Shown one piece after another: positions 11,701-23,909 of a stretch of 64,000 nt of DNA; within the stretch, counting starts at the first letter, position 1; every line of letters begins with the position of its first letter. This DNA is from Heptranchias perlo. Taxonomy: Eukaryota. The notes below the pieces were generated by a model that worked only from the letters and a program-made list of their open reading frames with translations, had not been told where the DNA came from and searched no databases. The stretch lies in NCBI RefSeq assembly GCF_035084215.1, contig NC_090363.1, forward strand, positions 4,278,001-4,342,000. Direction: 5' to 3'. A program made the translations under genes and the position numbers.

Positions 11701-14700
11701 TCACCCTCTCACCCTGTCTGTCTCTCTCCCTCTCTGTCTTTCTCCCTCTCTCTCCCTCTCCGCCTCTGTCCCTCTGCCTCTCTGTCTCTCTTTGCCTGTC
11801 TGATCTCTGTCTCTCTCCCTCTCTGTCTCTCTCCCTCTCTCTCCCTCTCTCTCCCACTCTGCCTCTCACCCTCTCTGTCTCTCACCCTCTCTGTCTCTCT
11901 CCCTCTCTGCCTCTCACCCTCTCTGTCTCTCTCCCTCTCTCTCCCACTCTGCCTCTCTCCCTCTCGTCTCTCTCCCTCTCTNNNNNNNNNNNNNNNNNNN
12001 NNNNNNNNNNNNNNNNNNNNNNNNNNNNNNNNNNNNNNNNNNNNNNNNNNNNNNNNNNNNNNNNNNNNNNNNNNNNNNNNNNNNNNNNNNNNNNNNNNNN
12101 NNNNNNNNNNNNNNNNNNNNNNNNNNNNNNNNNNNNNNNNNNNNNNNNNNNNNNNNNNNNNNNNNNNNNNNNNNNNNNNNNNNNNNNNNNNNCTCTCTCT
12201 CCCTGCCTCTCTCCCTCTCTCTCTTTCTATCTCTCTGTCTCTCTCTTTCTATCTCATTGTCAGTCAGTTTTCGGTACAGGTATATTATAATAGTGACTGA
12301 GAGTCCGGCTTTTCTGTTCCAGGTCTGCCTGTTCTCATGAAGCAGGTGGGAAACGATCTGACAACGAAAATCGCAGCTCACCTGACAGGTACGAGTCGAT
12401 ATTTGACGTTAATAGTCGTTTAATAGGCTATCAGAGGAGGAGTCAATAACTTCCGTGATGATAAACACCACAGTCAGCAGGCTTCACATGAATCTGTTAA
12501 CGTGCCCTTCCTGATATCACACACCACAATTCTAACCTTAATTACCGTTCATTTTTGACCTCCTGACGTACTTCTTCTGCCCTTTTGTGGTATCTGGTCC
12601 CCTCTCTCGTGTCTCTCACCGGCTGCAGCTGCCCTCTAGTGTCTGGTGCACGCGCCAGGATGATCAGTGAGTGTCCCGTGGGCTATTAAACCAGGGTGGG
12701 CATCACAAGTCGGGCTCTATCCGAGTCTGATCTACCGAGAATCTGCTCTACTGTAACCAAGGACCTGAAGAAAAGAGGAGGCTGAGGGGGTGACCTGACC
12801 GGGGTCTTTAAAATGATGAAAGGGTTTGATAGGGTAGACGTAGAGAAAATGTTTCCACTTGTGGGGGAGGCCAGAACTAGGGGGCCATAAATATAAGATA
12901 GTCACTGATAAATCCAATAGGGAATTCAGGAGAAACCTCTTTACCCAGAGAGTGGTGAGAATGTGGAACTTGCTTACCACAGGGAGTAGTTGAGGTGAAT
13001 AGTGTAGATGGATTTTAGGGGAAGCTCGATGAGGGAGAAAGGAATAGAAGGATATACTGATAGGGTGAGATGATGAGGGGAGGGAGGAGGCTCGTCTGGA
13101 GCATAAACACCAGCATAGACCAGTTGGGCCGAATGGCCTGTCTCCCTGCTGTAAAATTCTGTGCGAGCTTAAGATCAACGTAATTAAGTTTAAACTGTTT
13201 ATCAGAACCAGAAGAGATGAGCTGGGTGTTTGTGTGTCTGATTCTGAATGCATTTTTAATTTTTACATCTTATTTCTCCTCTCCCGTTTTCTCTCTCCCT
13301 CTCCACTCCCCACCGACCGCTCCCAAAAGCTCCACCTCAGGCTGGGATGCAGCTCCTGCCCTACGATAGCTCATCCAAGGGCTCGTGTATGAGCCAAGGC
13401 AGTGAGTTTTGCCAGACTATTTGACCAGCAGCTGAGTCCAATGCTGCCCTCACGCACATGCAGTGCCAGCAGAGGTGATCGGATAGCGATCGAGAGCAGG
13501 AAGCTGCCTCAATTTGTTTGTCCTCACTAATCCTGTGCTCAGATCCACTCTCCGGGGATTGTCTGAGCAGGTGCGTGAGAACGCCATCACCGCCAAGCCC
13601 CCACCCCCACTCCGAGTCACACACCCCCATCCCGACTTGGAAATATATCGCCCGTTCCTTCATCGTCGCTGGGTCAAAATCCTGGAACTCCCTTCCCAAC
13701 AGCGCTGTGGGAGAACCTTCACCACACGGACTGCAGCAGTTCAAGAAGGCGGCTCACCACCACCTTCTCGAGGGGCGGGCGATAAATGCCAGCCTCGCCA
13801 GCGACGCCCACATCCCCGAGAATGAATTGAAGGCAAAAGACCATCCTCGGGCTTAGTTCAGAACCGGGCAGTGCGTTAACCAAGTGACCTGTTGTGTGCC
13901 TGTGCGGAGCATGGTCCAGTTGGGCCGAATGGCCCTTGTTTCTGTGCTGTGCATTCCATGTGATGCTTAGCTTTTAAGAGGCGAGAGAGATGAAGGAAGG
14001 AAGCAAGAAATGGAAAATGGAAGGAATCAAAAGAAGTTTTGCAGTTGCGCCAAAGTGCATATGCGTCCAGCAGAGGGCGATCCTCTGGCATTGTAGCACT
14101 GCAGGGGCTGCTGCACTCTTCTGACGGGCAGGCTGCCACTCAACAAGATGCTCCTGCTAGCCTGAATTCTAAAGTCTTCCAGTCCCTCAACGCTTAAAAA
14201 CCCCGCTCTCCTTCATGAGCACAAAAACAGAAGCCCCCTCTCCCTCCCCGCACCCACCCCCCCACAAAAAAATAAAAGTCAATGCTGTCCATTTACGTTT
14301 CCTCTTTATCTCTGTCTCTCTCAGCCGACCCCAACAAAGACAAGACCAAAGAGCTGACCTGGCAGGAGGAGGCCGGCGTTGCGTTCTCTTACGGGGTCGA
14401 GTTCTTCAACAACAGCCTGCTGATCAGGAAGCCGGGTTTTTACTTTATCTACAGCCAGGCGGTCTTCTACGCCGGCAGCTGCAATGGACACACCATCTTC
14501 CTGAGCCACGGCATGCACAAGCTCTCCTTGGCTTACCCAGAGGAGACCATCCTGCTGAAGGCCACCAGGTCTGCCTGTCACAACGGTCGGCACGACGACC
14601 CCTGGTACAAGACCTCCTACCAGGGCGCCATATTCGAGTTCGAGGCCGGAGACAGGGTCTTCTCCAGGGTCAGTCAGGAGGTGGTGAAGTATTTGGACAC

Positions 14701-14740
14701 GAAAGAAGGGAAGACGTTTTTCGGGATATTTGCTTTGTGA
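8729..14740 (+). CDS. TNF/lymphotoxin-like ligand, paralog 1 (4 coding exons, 236 aa)
   Basis: Exons 8729-8914, 11316-11358, 12323-12388, 14325-14740, all GT-AG, phases 0/1/1, 711 nt in frame. Exon 1 encodes a cytoplasmic tail plus hydrophobic TM (LICTVTVLVFVAVSLYLLF). Exon 3 ends KIAAHLT. Exon 4 carries THD motifs: LTW, GFYFIYSQAVF, Cys pair, WYKTSYQGAIF, FFGIFAL. An N gap lies in intron 2. Confidence 0.93.
9578..11086. repeat. 15/17-bp minisatellite (GGGAGGGATCGTTAAAC and variants) in intron 1 of paralog 1
   Basis: Near-invariant core GATCGTTAAAC with alternating GGGAGG, GTGG or GGGG spacers. Confidence 0.97.
11365..12255. repeat. CT-rich simple repeat in intron 2 of paralog 1, containing an assembly gap (N 11982-12192)
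   Basis: Low-complexity CTCT/CCCTG tract and 211 Ns. Confidence 0.95.
12770..13160 (+). mobile_element. CR1 3' fragment in intron 3 of paralog 1
   Basis: GGCTGAGGGG...TTTACCCAGAGAGTGGTG...GGGCCGAATGGCCTG CR1 3' end. Confidence 0.8.
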
Positions 14741-14747
14741 GGAATGC

Positions 14748-14781
<34 letters not shown>

Positions 14782-14854
14782 GGCCAGCAGAGACCTCCTC
14801 TGTGTGTCTCTGCTGGGTGTAAACATCCCAAGTGAAATGGGGTTTAAACGAAGA

Positions 14855-15305
14855 ACTTGCATTTATATAGCACCTTTCACAACCTCAGGACGCCCCAAAG
14901 TGCTTTAGAGCCAATGAAATACTTTTTGAAGTGTATCACCGTAGGGAAACGCGGCAGCCAATTTGTGCACAGCAAGATCCCACAAACAGCAATGTGGTAA
15001 TGATCAGATAATCTGTTTTGTAGTGATGTTGGTTGAAGGATAAATATTGGCCCCCCAGGACACCGCGGAGCACTCTCCTGCTGTTCTTCCAAATAGCGGC
15101 CGTGTGACATTTCACGTCCACCTGAGAGAGGAGGCAGACGGGGGGCCTCGGTTTAACGTCTCATCCGACAGTGCGGTGCTCCCTGGGTACTGGCACTCGG
15201 AGTGTCGGCCTGGATTACGTGCTCGAGTCTCAGGAGTGGGACTTGAATCCGTGACCTTCTAACTCAGAGGGGAGAGTGTTATCCACTGAGCTAAGGCTGA
15301 CACCT
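14855..15305 (-). mobile_element. SacSINE1-like SINE in the 3' region of paralog 1
   Basis: Reverse complement of the same family, full length. Confidence 0.85.
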
Positions 15306-16635
15306 GTTAACCTGGTTCCGATTGAGCTTGAGATAACACAGTGTGATCGGTGGCTGATAATTTGGGACTAAATTGGCAGACTCACTCGTGAGAGACCACA
15401 GGGTTGGCGATCGGGGGACATTAAAGTGCCAGTGCGGTCGGAATAGTGTAATCATAAGACAGATTTGCTTTATTTTATAGGCAGGTACATTTTAATTCAG
15501 AATCGATTGGCCTCTATATGAAACGTAGACGCCTATATAAAAAAAGCAAATCTATTTTATGATTACACTTTTAACAGAGACTTACACTTTCTTCACTTAA
15601 CAAGCAAAAGCTAAAGGTTAATATTGATAGAATATAAACATTAACCCTTTCCTCAGCCACCTGTTCTATGCCCCATTCGAGATTCAGTCCCATTGGTAGT
15701 TGACTGGAGACGGGGTCGGGGGGGGAGAGAGGGGAGGGGGGTTTTTACCCGGGTTACAGCCTCCTCTATAATCACTCCAAGTCCGGGCGTGCCGACCGAC
15801 CAGCGGTACATTTGCGGTCCTGTGTCCGTGCCGCGCCTCATTCGCCCTGCTCCGTTAAGCTGGTATTGAATGCGGATGGGGCAGTCTGAGCTCTCCCGCC
15901 TCTCTCTCGGGATCCACCAGCTGTTGTCAAGCCGACAGATGTGCTTGGACCCTACAGGCTGGAGGGGGCCTGAACGCTCCACTCATGCCCCTATAACGCT
16001 CCTGCCCTCCGAGACACCTTTCAAGAAGGATATGCAGATAGGGGTGAGATGAAGAGGAGTCATAAATGGCGACATGGCTCTGTTGGGCCGAATGGCCTGT
16101 TTCTGTGCTGTACATTCCATGTAACACTGAGAGCACAGGTAGGGGCCTCGGTCTGTACCGCTGTTTGAGTTTCTTTATGTTGAAGGAGGATGACGTGTGT
16201 TGTATGTGTGTAGGCGGGCAGTGTTCGCTAATCGCTGATACATTGAACAGAGCTCCTGCACTATATTGTCATCAATCGGCCCTGATTTAATTTATGATGA
16301 ATGTTATTTAAAATGGTACTCCCAGGGAGACACTAATCACAAAATGCCTGGAGCTACCAGCTTGAGATACGTGGCCTGACTCTCTAACCTGTGTATGAAC
16401 TGCCTGCTATCTCAGCATCTCTCGGCACAGTGCCAGTCAAGCGCAGTTGGCACTAAATCGTCCGTGGGCTGATGCCACGCGAATGTATTTATAATGCGTG
16501 TATATTGTCTTTTCTCATGTGAGCTGGTATCGACTTTTATTTATTGGTGAACGATGTGTTTCTTTAAATGCAAATCGAATGTAACCTGCACTTGTCAAAG
16601 TGCATTGTGGGATTGCCTCTGTTGTGCCAGTCAAC

Positions 16636-16748
16636 ATCTGGTCGCTATGCACTATCTGGTCGCTATGCACTATCTGGTCGCTATGCACTATCTGGTCGCT
16701 ATGCACTATCTGGTCGCTATGCACTATCTGGTCGCTATGCACTATCTG
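16636..16748. repeat. 18-bp tandem repeat (ATCTGGTCGCTATGCACT) x6
   Basis: Perfect repeats; they generate the periodic ORFs in the track. Confidence 0.95.
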
Positions 16749-16893
16749 GGAAACCCAAGTCGATCTAATGCTGCTCCCATATTTGGGAAGACTGCAGGTC
16801 AGAATACAGGAACAAGCTTGTCATTTTGATTCCTCCTTCTCTTCCCTCTAGTCTCTAAATCCTCTCTCTCTCTCTCTCTCTCCCTCGCACAAA

Positions 16894-17073
16894 GGGAGCA
16901 ATTTTAACCTAACCCGCCCTCCGGGAAACTTCCAGAATCGGGTGCGACGCTGGTTTTACACCTCCTCCCGATTTTACCCTCCGTTGAAGTTGTCGGAGAG
17001 CGATATCGGGCGGGGGTTTTCCACCCGATCCCGTGGGATTCTCCGTCCAGACAGTTAGGTTAAAATCACCCCC
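16894..17073. mobile_element. MITE-like element, related subfamily
   Basis: GGGAGCAATTTTAACCTAAC ... GTTAGGTTAAAATCACCCCC. Confidence 0.65.
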
Positions 17074-17672
17074 ACAGTCTTCCCTTTCCATGTGCTACTG
17101 ATGGCCCATTCTCTATGGTTGTTACTTATCTGAACACGCCTCTAAACACAGCACTCTAGGTAACCTCCCTCCTCCCTACATTCCCAACTGCGTTGAAGTT
17201 AAGACTCATCGCACCATCACCTAGTTTGCCTCATTCTTTCAGCAGGTCTCGAAAACCCCTCGCCTCCCTCAAATCTTTCCTTCTTTCTACAGTCAAGAGA
17301 TTCAGGCTTGAGGTCACCTCACCTGCACCTCTTTATCTTCTCTCCTATTCCTCTCCACCATGTTGGTGACCGACTCCGTGGACCTGGGCCCAGCACGTAG
17401 GCTTCTCAACAATAAGAACAAAAATCACTTTCCGGCAATCCATAGATTCTTCCGATGGGCATTCATCCCCCGACCCTCTGGAATAGGGCCCGAATTGGGA
17501 AAAGTCAATTATCTTGAATGTGTAGAATCCAATTGGTTTTGTATTCAGCTTATTTTAACCTTTCACCTTATAACCTGGGCAAAACTTGAACATTTTTTAA
17601 TCATGTGTGTGGAGAGGCCAAAGGTTAACAATTGCTGTCTGTGGCAGGAACATGTTTTACGTTAAAAACATT

Positions 17673-17906
17673 GGGGGTGATTTTAACCCCCGAGAAAGGG
17701 TGGGATGGGGGCGGGTGGGAGTTGTTTTTTTTGGGTCGCAACTGCAAAATTTTCGGATTTTGCATTCCCGGTGGGAAGCCTGAACTTTTTCGCGCCCACG
17801 TTAAACCCGGAAATAAAGCCTGGTTGCCGTCGTGACCCAAGAAAGGACTATTTTCAACTCCCACCCGCCCCCAACCCACCTGTTCTTGGGGTTTAAAATC
17901 ACCCCC
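17673..17906. mobile_element. MITE-like element with GGGGGTGATTTTAACCCC terminal inverted repeats
   Basis: Inverted termini, no ORF; second copy at 36073-36316. Confidence 0.75.
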
Positions 17907-18016
17907 TTGGTCTGTTATAAAACAGGTCTTGACTGCTGTCAGAACTGAACTTGTGCAGTTCAGTTATTTTTGAATGTATTTAATTATAAGGACTTGTATT
18001 TATTTATTTTTTATTA

Positions 18017-18022
18017 AATAAA
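18017..18022 (+). terminator. Candidate poly(A) signal of paralog 1 (implies a 3'UTR of about 3.3 kb)
   Basis: AATAAA directly after TATTTATTTATTTT. The preceding AU-rich block resembles the distal block of paralog 3. Confidence 0.45.
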
Positions 18023-18529
18023 GTATTTTGCTACAAAATGAAAGCTACTTTTTCTTCTTTTTTCAATGATGGGTTCAATTATTTAAATCATTAAAATGTT
18101 GGGCCTGTCTAAATGAGTGTACAGTTGCTCATGGCTTCCTCATTGGTAAGTGGTGACCAGAACAATTTTCTTGTAGAAGGACCTCATTGTGCCTGTGTCA
18201 TGTGATCACTGCCCTCCCCGATTCCCCCGAGTTATTTGCTCTAATCTAGTTCCTCTGCCCTTTCCCCGGACCCTTTAACATTTTTCTTTTGTCTGTTTGT
18301 ACACAAATCTTTGAAGGTTGCAAGACAAGTTGAGAAGGCTGTTAAAAAAGCATATGGGATCCTGGGCTTTATTAATAGAGGCACAGAGCACAAAAGCAAG
18401 GGAGTTAGGTTAAACCTTCACAAAACACTGGTTAGGCCTCAGCTGTCCAATTCTGGGCACCACACTTTAGGAAGGCTGTCAAGGCCTTGGAGAGGGGTGC
18501 AGAGGAGATTTACTAGAATGGTACCAGGG

Positions 18530-21500
18530 ATGTTCTGAAGGGGGAGGGTGAACAGCCAGAGGTCGTGGTCCATATCGGTACCAACGACATCGGTAAAAAA
18601 AGGGATGAGGTCCTGCAAGCAGAATATAGGGAGTTAGAAAATAAATTAAAAAGCAGGATCTCTAAGGCTAAATTTAAATCTGAGATTGATAGCTTTTTGG
18701 CAACCAAAGGTATTAAGGGATATGGGCCAAAGGCAGGTATATGGAGTTAGATCACAGATCAGCCATGATCTTATCAATGGCGGAGCAGGCACGAGGGGCT
18801 GAATGGCCTACTCCTGTTCCTATATTCCTATGTTCCTATGTCCTATGTTCCTATGTAGTAATCTCAGGATTACTCCCAGTGCCATGTGCAGAAATAGGAG
18901 AATAGACCAGATGAATGCGTGGCTTGAGAGATGGTGTAGGAGGGAGGGGTTTAAATTCCTGATTCTGGGAAAGGCGGGACCTGTACAAGCTGGACGGGTT
19001 GCACCCAAGCAGAATTGGGACCAATATCCTCGTGGGGGCATTTGCTGGTTCTGTTGGGGAGGGTTTAAACTAGTATGGCAGGGGGGTGGGAACCAAAGGG
19101 CAGGTACAGATAGGACAAATTCAGACCAGGAAACGGGAAGTAGAAAGCAGTTAGTGACGTAGTTAGTGACTCAGGAAGGCAAAAGAAGCAAAGGTTAAAT
19201 AGTGTTCAGCACAGGACTTTGATGGGGTTAAAGGATATATACTTCAATGCAAGGAGTATTACAAACAAAGCAGATGAGCTAAGGGCATAGATAGACACAT
19301 GGCAGCATGATATCATTGCTGTAACGGAAACCTGGCTTAAAGAGGGGGATAATTGGCAGCTCAATATCCCTGGATATAGAGTTTTCAGGCAGGATAGAGT
19401 GGGTGATAAAAAAGGAGGGGGTCTAGCATTATTAGTTATAGAATCAATTACAGTTGTGAGAAGGGATGATATGCTAAATGGATCATCAATCGAGGCCATA
19501 TGGGTTGAGCTAAGAAATAAAAAAGGGGCAGTCACACTACCAGGAGTGTACTATAGACCCCCGAATAGTGAAAGGGAGATAGAAGAACAAATATGTAGGC
19601 AAATTTCTGAGTGCAAAAATAAGAGGGCAATAATAGTAGGGGACTTCAACTACCTGAACATCAACTGGGATTCAAACAGTGTGAGGGGCACAGAGGGCGC
19701 AGAATTCGTGATCGGTGTCCAGGAGAACTTTTTTAGCCAGTACGTGACAAGCCCAACAAGAGGGGATGCAATTCTAAATTTAGTCCTGGGAAATGAAGAT
19801 GGGCAAGTGGGTGAAGTGACAGTGGGTGACCATATTGGGGATAATGACCACAATTCAGTTAGTTTTAGCATTATTATGGAAAAGGACAGAGTTAAATCAG
19901 GAGTAAATGTTTTAAATTGGGGGAAGGCATATTTTACAGAACTAAGAGGTGATTTGGCAGAAGTGGACTGGACACAACTACTTGAGGAGAAATCAGTGGC
20001 AAGCCAGTGGGAGGCACTAAAAAGTGAAATTCTACGGGTACAATGCAGACATGTCCCCTCAAAGAAAAAGGGTGGCACTGCCAAATTTAGAGCCCCCTGG
20101 TTGTCTAGAAGTATACGGGGCAAGATAAAGCAGAAAAAGAAAGGTTATAACTGTCACAGAAAACTAAATACTGTAGAAAGCCTAGAGGAGTATAGAAAGT
20201 ACAGGGATGACGTAAAAAAGGAAATAAGGAAAGCAAAGAGAGGGCATGAAAAAATATTAGCCAGTAAGACTAAAGAAAACCCAAAGATGTTTTATCAGTA
20301 CATTAAGAACAAGAGGATAGCTAAGGAAAAGGTGGGACCCATCAGGGATGATAAGGGTAACTTGTGTGTCGAAGCAGAGGATGTGGGTAGGGTTTTAAAT
20401 GAATATTTTGTCTCCGTATTCACAAAGGAAAGGGATAATCCAGATGTAGTAGTTAAAGAGGAGAGGTGTGAAATATTGGATAAGGTAAACATAATGAGAG
20501 AGGAAGTACTAGAGGGACTGGAATCCTTGAAAGTTGATAAGTCACCAGGGCCGGATGGATTGTTTCCTAGGCTATTGAAGGAAGCCAGGGAGGAAATAGC
20601 GGATGCTCTGAGGATCATTTTCCAATCCTCACTAAATACAGGGGAGGTACCGGAGGACTGGAAGACTGCAAACGTACTACCATTGTTTAAAAAGGGTACG
20701 AGGGAAAGGCCGAACAATTATAGACCGGTCAGTCTTACCTCGGTGGTGGGCAAACTATTAGAATCAATACTGAGAGATAGGATAAACGGTCACTTGGAAA
20801 GGCATGGTTTAATCAGGGATAGTCAGCATGGATTTGTTCAGGGAAGGTCATGCCTTACAAATCTGATTGAATTCTTTGAGGAAGTGACAAGGAGGATTGA
20901 TGAGGGTAGTGCAGTGGATGTTGTCTACATGGATTTTAGTAAGGCATTTGACAAGGTCCCACATGGCAGACTAGTCAGAAAGGTAAAAGCCCATGGGATA
21001 CAGGAAAATGTGGCCAATTGGATCCAAAATTGGCTCAATAACAGGAAACAAAGGGTAAAAGTCGATGGATGTCTTTGCGAATGGAAATCAGTTTCCAGTG
21101 GTGTGCCACAGGGCTCAGTGTTGGGTCCCTTGCTGTTTGTGGTATATATTAATGATTTGGACTTGAATGTGGGGGCATGATTGGCAAATTTGCAGACGAC
21201 ACAAAAATTGGCCGTGGAGCTGATAGTGAAGAGGATAGCTGTAGACTCCAAGAAGATATCAATGGGTTGGTGGAGTGGGCGGAAAAGTGGCAAATGGAGT
21301 TCAACCCGGAGAAGTGTGAGGTAATGCACTTAGGGAGGGCAAACAGTAAAAGGGAATACTCAGTAAACGGGAATATATTGAGAGGGGTAGAGGAAGTGAG
21401 AGACCTTGGAGTGCATGTGCACAGGTCCCTGAAGGTGGCAGTACGGGTAGATAAGGTTGTGAAGAAGGCATACGGAATGCTCTCCGTTATTAGCCGAGGT

Positions 21501-22113
21501 ATAGAATACAAAAGCAGGAATGTAATGATGGAACTGTGTAAAACGCTGGTAAGGCCACAGCTGGAGTATTGTGCGCAGTTCTGGTCACCACATTACAGGA
21601 AGGACATAATTGCTCTGGAAAGAGTGCAGAGAAGATTTACAAGAATGTTGCCAGGGCTTGAAAATTGCAGCTATGAGGAGAGATTGGATAGGCTGGGGTT
21701 GTTTTCCTTGGAGCAGAAAAGGCTGAGGGGTGATTTGATTGAGGTGTACAAAATTATGAGGGGCCCAGATAGAGTAGACAGGAAGTACCTGTTTCCCCTA
21801 GCGGAGAGTTCAAGAACTAAAGGACATAGATTTAAGCTGATTGGCGGAAGGATTAGAGCGGACACGAGGAAAAACTTTTTTACCCAGAGGATGGTGGGTG
21901 TATGGAATTCGCTGCCCGAATTGGTGGTAGAGGCAGGGACCCTCAACTCTTTTAAAAAGTACCTGGACCTGCACCTAAAGTGCTGTAAGCTGCAGGGTTA
22001 CGGACCGGGTGCTGGAAGGTGGGATTAGAATGGGCACCTGGTTGTTCTTCGAGCTGGCGCGGACACGATGGGCCGAATGGCCCCCTTCTGTGCTGTATCT
22101 TTTCTATGGTTCT
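18530..22113 (+). mobile_element. CR1-clade LINE: partial ORF1 (esterase-like) plus nearly complete, disrupted ORF2 (APE endonuclease and RT)
   Basis: ORF1 VVHIGTND motif. ORF2 motifs YFNARS, ETWL, GDFN, NYRPVSLTS, DFSKAFD, GVPQGSVLGP, FADD, FFTQR. Premature TAG at 19288-19290 and frameshift near 21177. Short tandem 3' tail (TTCTATGG-like). Confidence 0.93.
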
Positions 22114-22114
22114 A

Positions 22115-22542
22115 TGAGGGACTTCAGTTATGTGGAGAGACTGGAGAAGCTGGGATTGTTCTCCTTAGAGCAGAGAAGGTTAAGAGGAGATTTGATAGAT
22201 GTGTTTAAAATTATGAAGGGTTTTGATAGAATAAATAAGGAGAAACTGTTTCCAGTGGCGAAGGGTCGGTAACCAGAGGACACAGATTTAAGGTGATCGG
22301 CAAAAGAGCCAGAGGAGACATGAGGAAACATTTTTTTACGCAGCGAGTTGTTCTGATCTGGAATGCGCTGCCTGAAAGGGTGGTGGAAGCAGATTCAATA
22401 ATAACTTTCAAAAGGGAATTGGATAAATGCTTGAATGGAAAAAAATTATGGGGAAAGGGCGGGGGAATGGGACTAATTGGATAGCTCTTTCAAAGAGCCG
22501 GCACTGGGATGATGGGCCGAATGGCCTCCTCCTGGGCTGTGC
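22115..22542 (+). mobile_element. Second CR1 3' fragment; probably the older element (5' part about 18310-18530) into which the long CR1 inserted
   Basis: ...VQRRFTRMVPG at 18530 continues as MRDFSYVERLEKLGLFSL at 22115. Confidence 0.8.
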
Positions 22543-23909
22543 CCACAATGATACTATGTTTATCAAATTCCCTCTTAAATATTGTGATTGGCTGGGCTTC
22601 AATTAGCCACTGTTAGGAACAGGAGGAGGCCATTCAGCCCCTCGAGCCTGCTCCGCCATTCAATTAGATCACGGCTGATCTGTATCTTAACTCCATTTAC
22701 CCGCCTTGGTTCCATATCCCATATTCACTCGGAATACATTCCATTTTCTAATAACCCTTCACATGAAATGTAGACTCCTCCAGTGTTCCCTCTTTAAGCT
22801 TTTAATCCTCCAATCCTGGCCTCTCGCGCATCCCCCACTTCCTTCGCCCCACCATTGGCGGCCGTGCCTTCGGCTGTCCGGGCCCTAAGCTCTGGAATTC
22901 CCTCCCTGAACCTCTCCACCTCCCTACCTCGCAGTTAAACCCTGAAATCCAGAAGTTGATGTCCAAGATGCACTGCCCTTTGTAAACTGCGTGAAAATCA
23001 CATCTGTCTCACCATTAAAATACATTGGATGGACTGAAGTTTCAGTACTTAACTCATAGATATGGACTAAACTCGCCAACGAGAGTTAGGGCTTGTGCAT
23101 TCCAGACCAAGTACCCTTTAATGGCATGGTAGGTCTTAATTACGGCCAAACAACCTCTGTGGCACTGAAAATTAACTATTACAAGTGTGGAGACTCATCC
23201 CTTCAGTTTTTAATTATTGTTGGAGATTTTTTTTAAAATGTAAATACATTTTTTTTTTCCTTTCTGTCTCTTTTATCTCTGTCTCTTAATCCAATCTTTC
23301 TTTCCCTCTCTTTATTTCTCTTTCTGGACCTGATATGACCTTGAATTCACCATTCTAACTCCCTGGTTCTGTCTCAGCGCTGATTTTAACGATGCTTCAA
23401 TCAGAATGGTTAAGGAGATAAACAGGTTACTTGCCCTGTTCGCACAGGCCCCTGATATCCCGTAGAGGTGTTTGGATGTCCCGCTGGGCAAAACCCCATA
23501 GAAAGTCTGTGGCCAAGTGCAAATCCAGCCGTTTGTTCACCGCTCACAGTAAATCCTGGCTCGATATCTCTTTATGTGGCTTGGTGTCAAATTTTGTCTC
23601 ATAAGAACAACAACTACTTGCATTTATATAGCGCCTTTAACATAGTAAAACTTCCCAAGGCGCTTCACAGGAGCGATTATCAAATAAAATTTGACACCGA
23701 GCCACGTAAGGAGATATTAGGACAGGTGACCAAAAATTTGGTCAAAGAGGTAGGTTTTAAGGAGGGTCTTAAAGGAGGAGAAAGAGGCAGAGAGGTTTAG
23801 GGAGGGAATTCCAAAGATTGGGGCCCAGGCAGCTGAAGGCACGGCCGCCAATGGTGGAGCGATTAAAATTGGGGATGCGCAAGAGGCCAGAATTGGAGGA
23901 ACGCAGAGA

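Noticed and set aside
11982-12192. Possible hidden exon in the N gap of paralog 1
   Set aside because: Exons 2 and 3 already join in frame and match the layout of the other paralogs; the gap is flanked by simple repeat.
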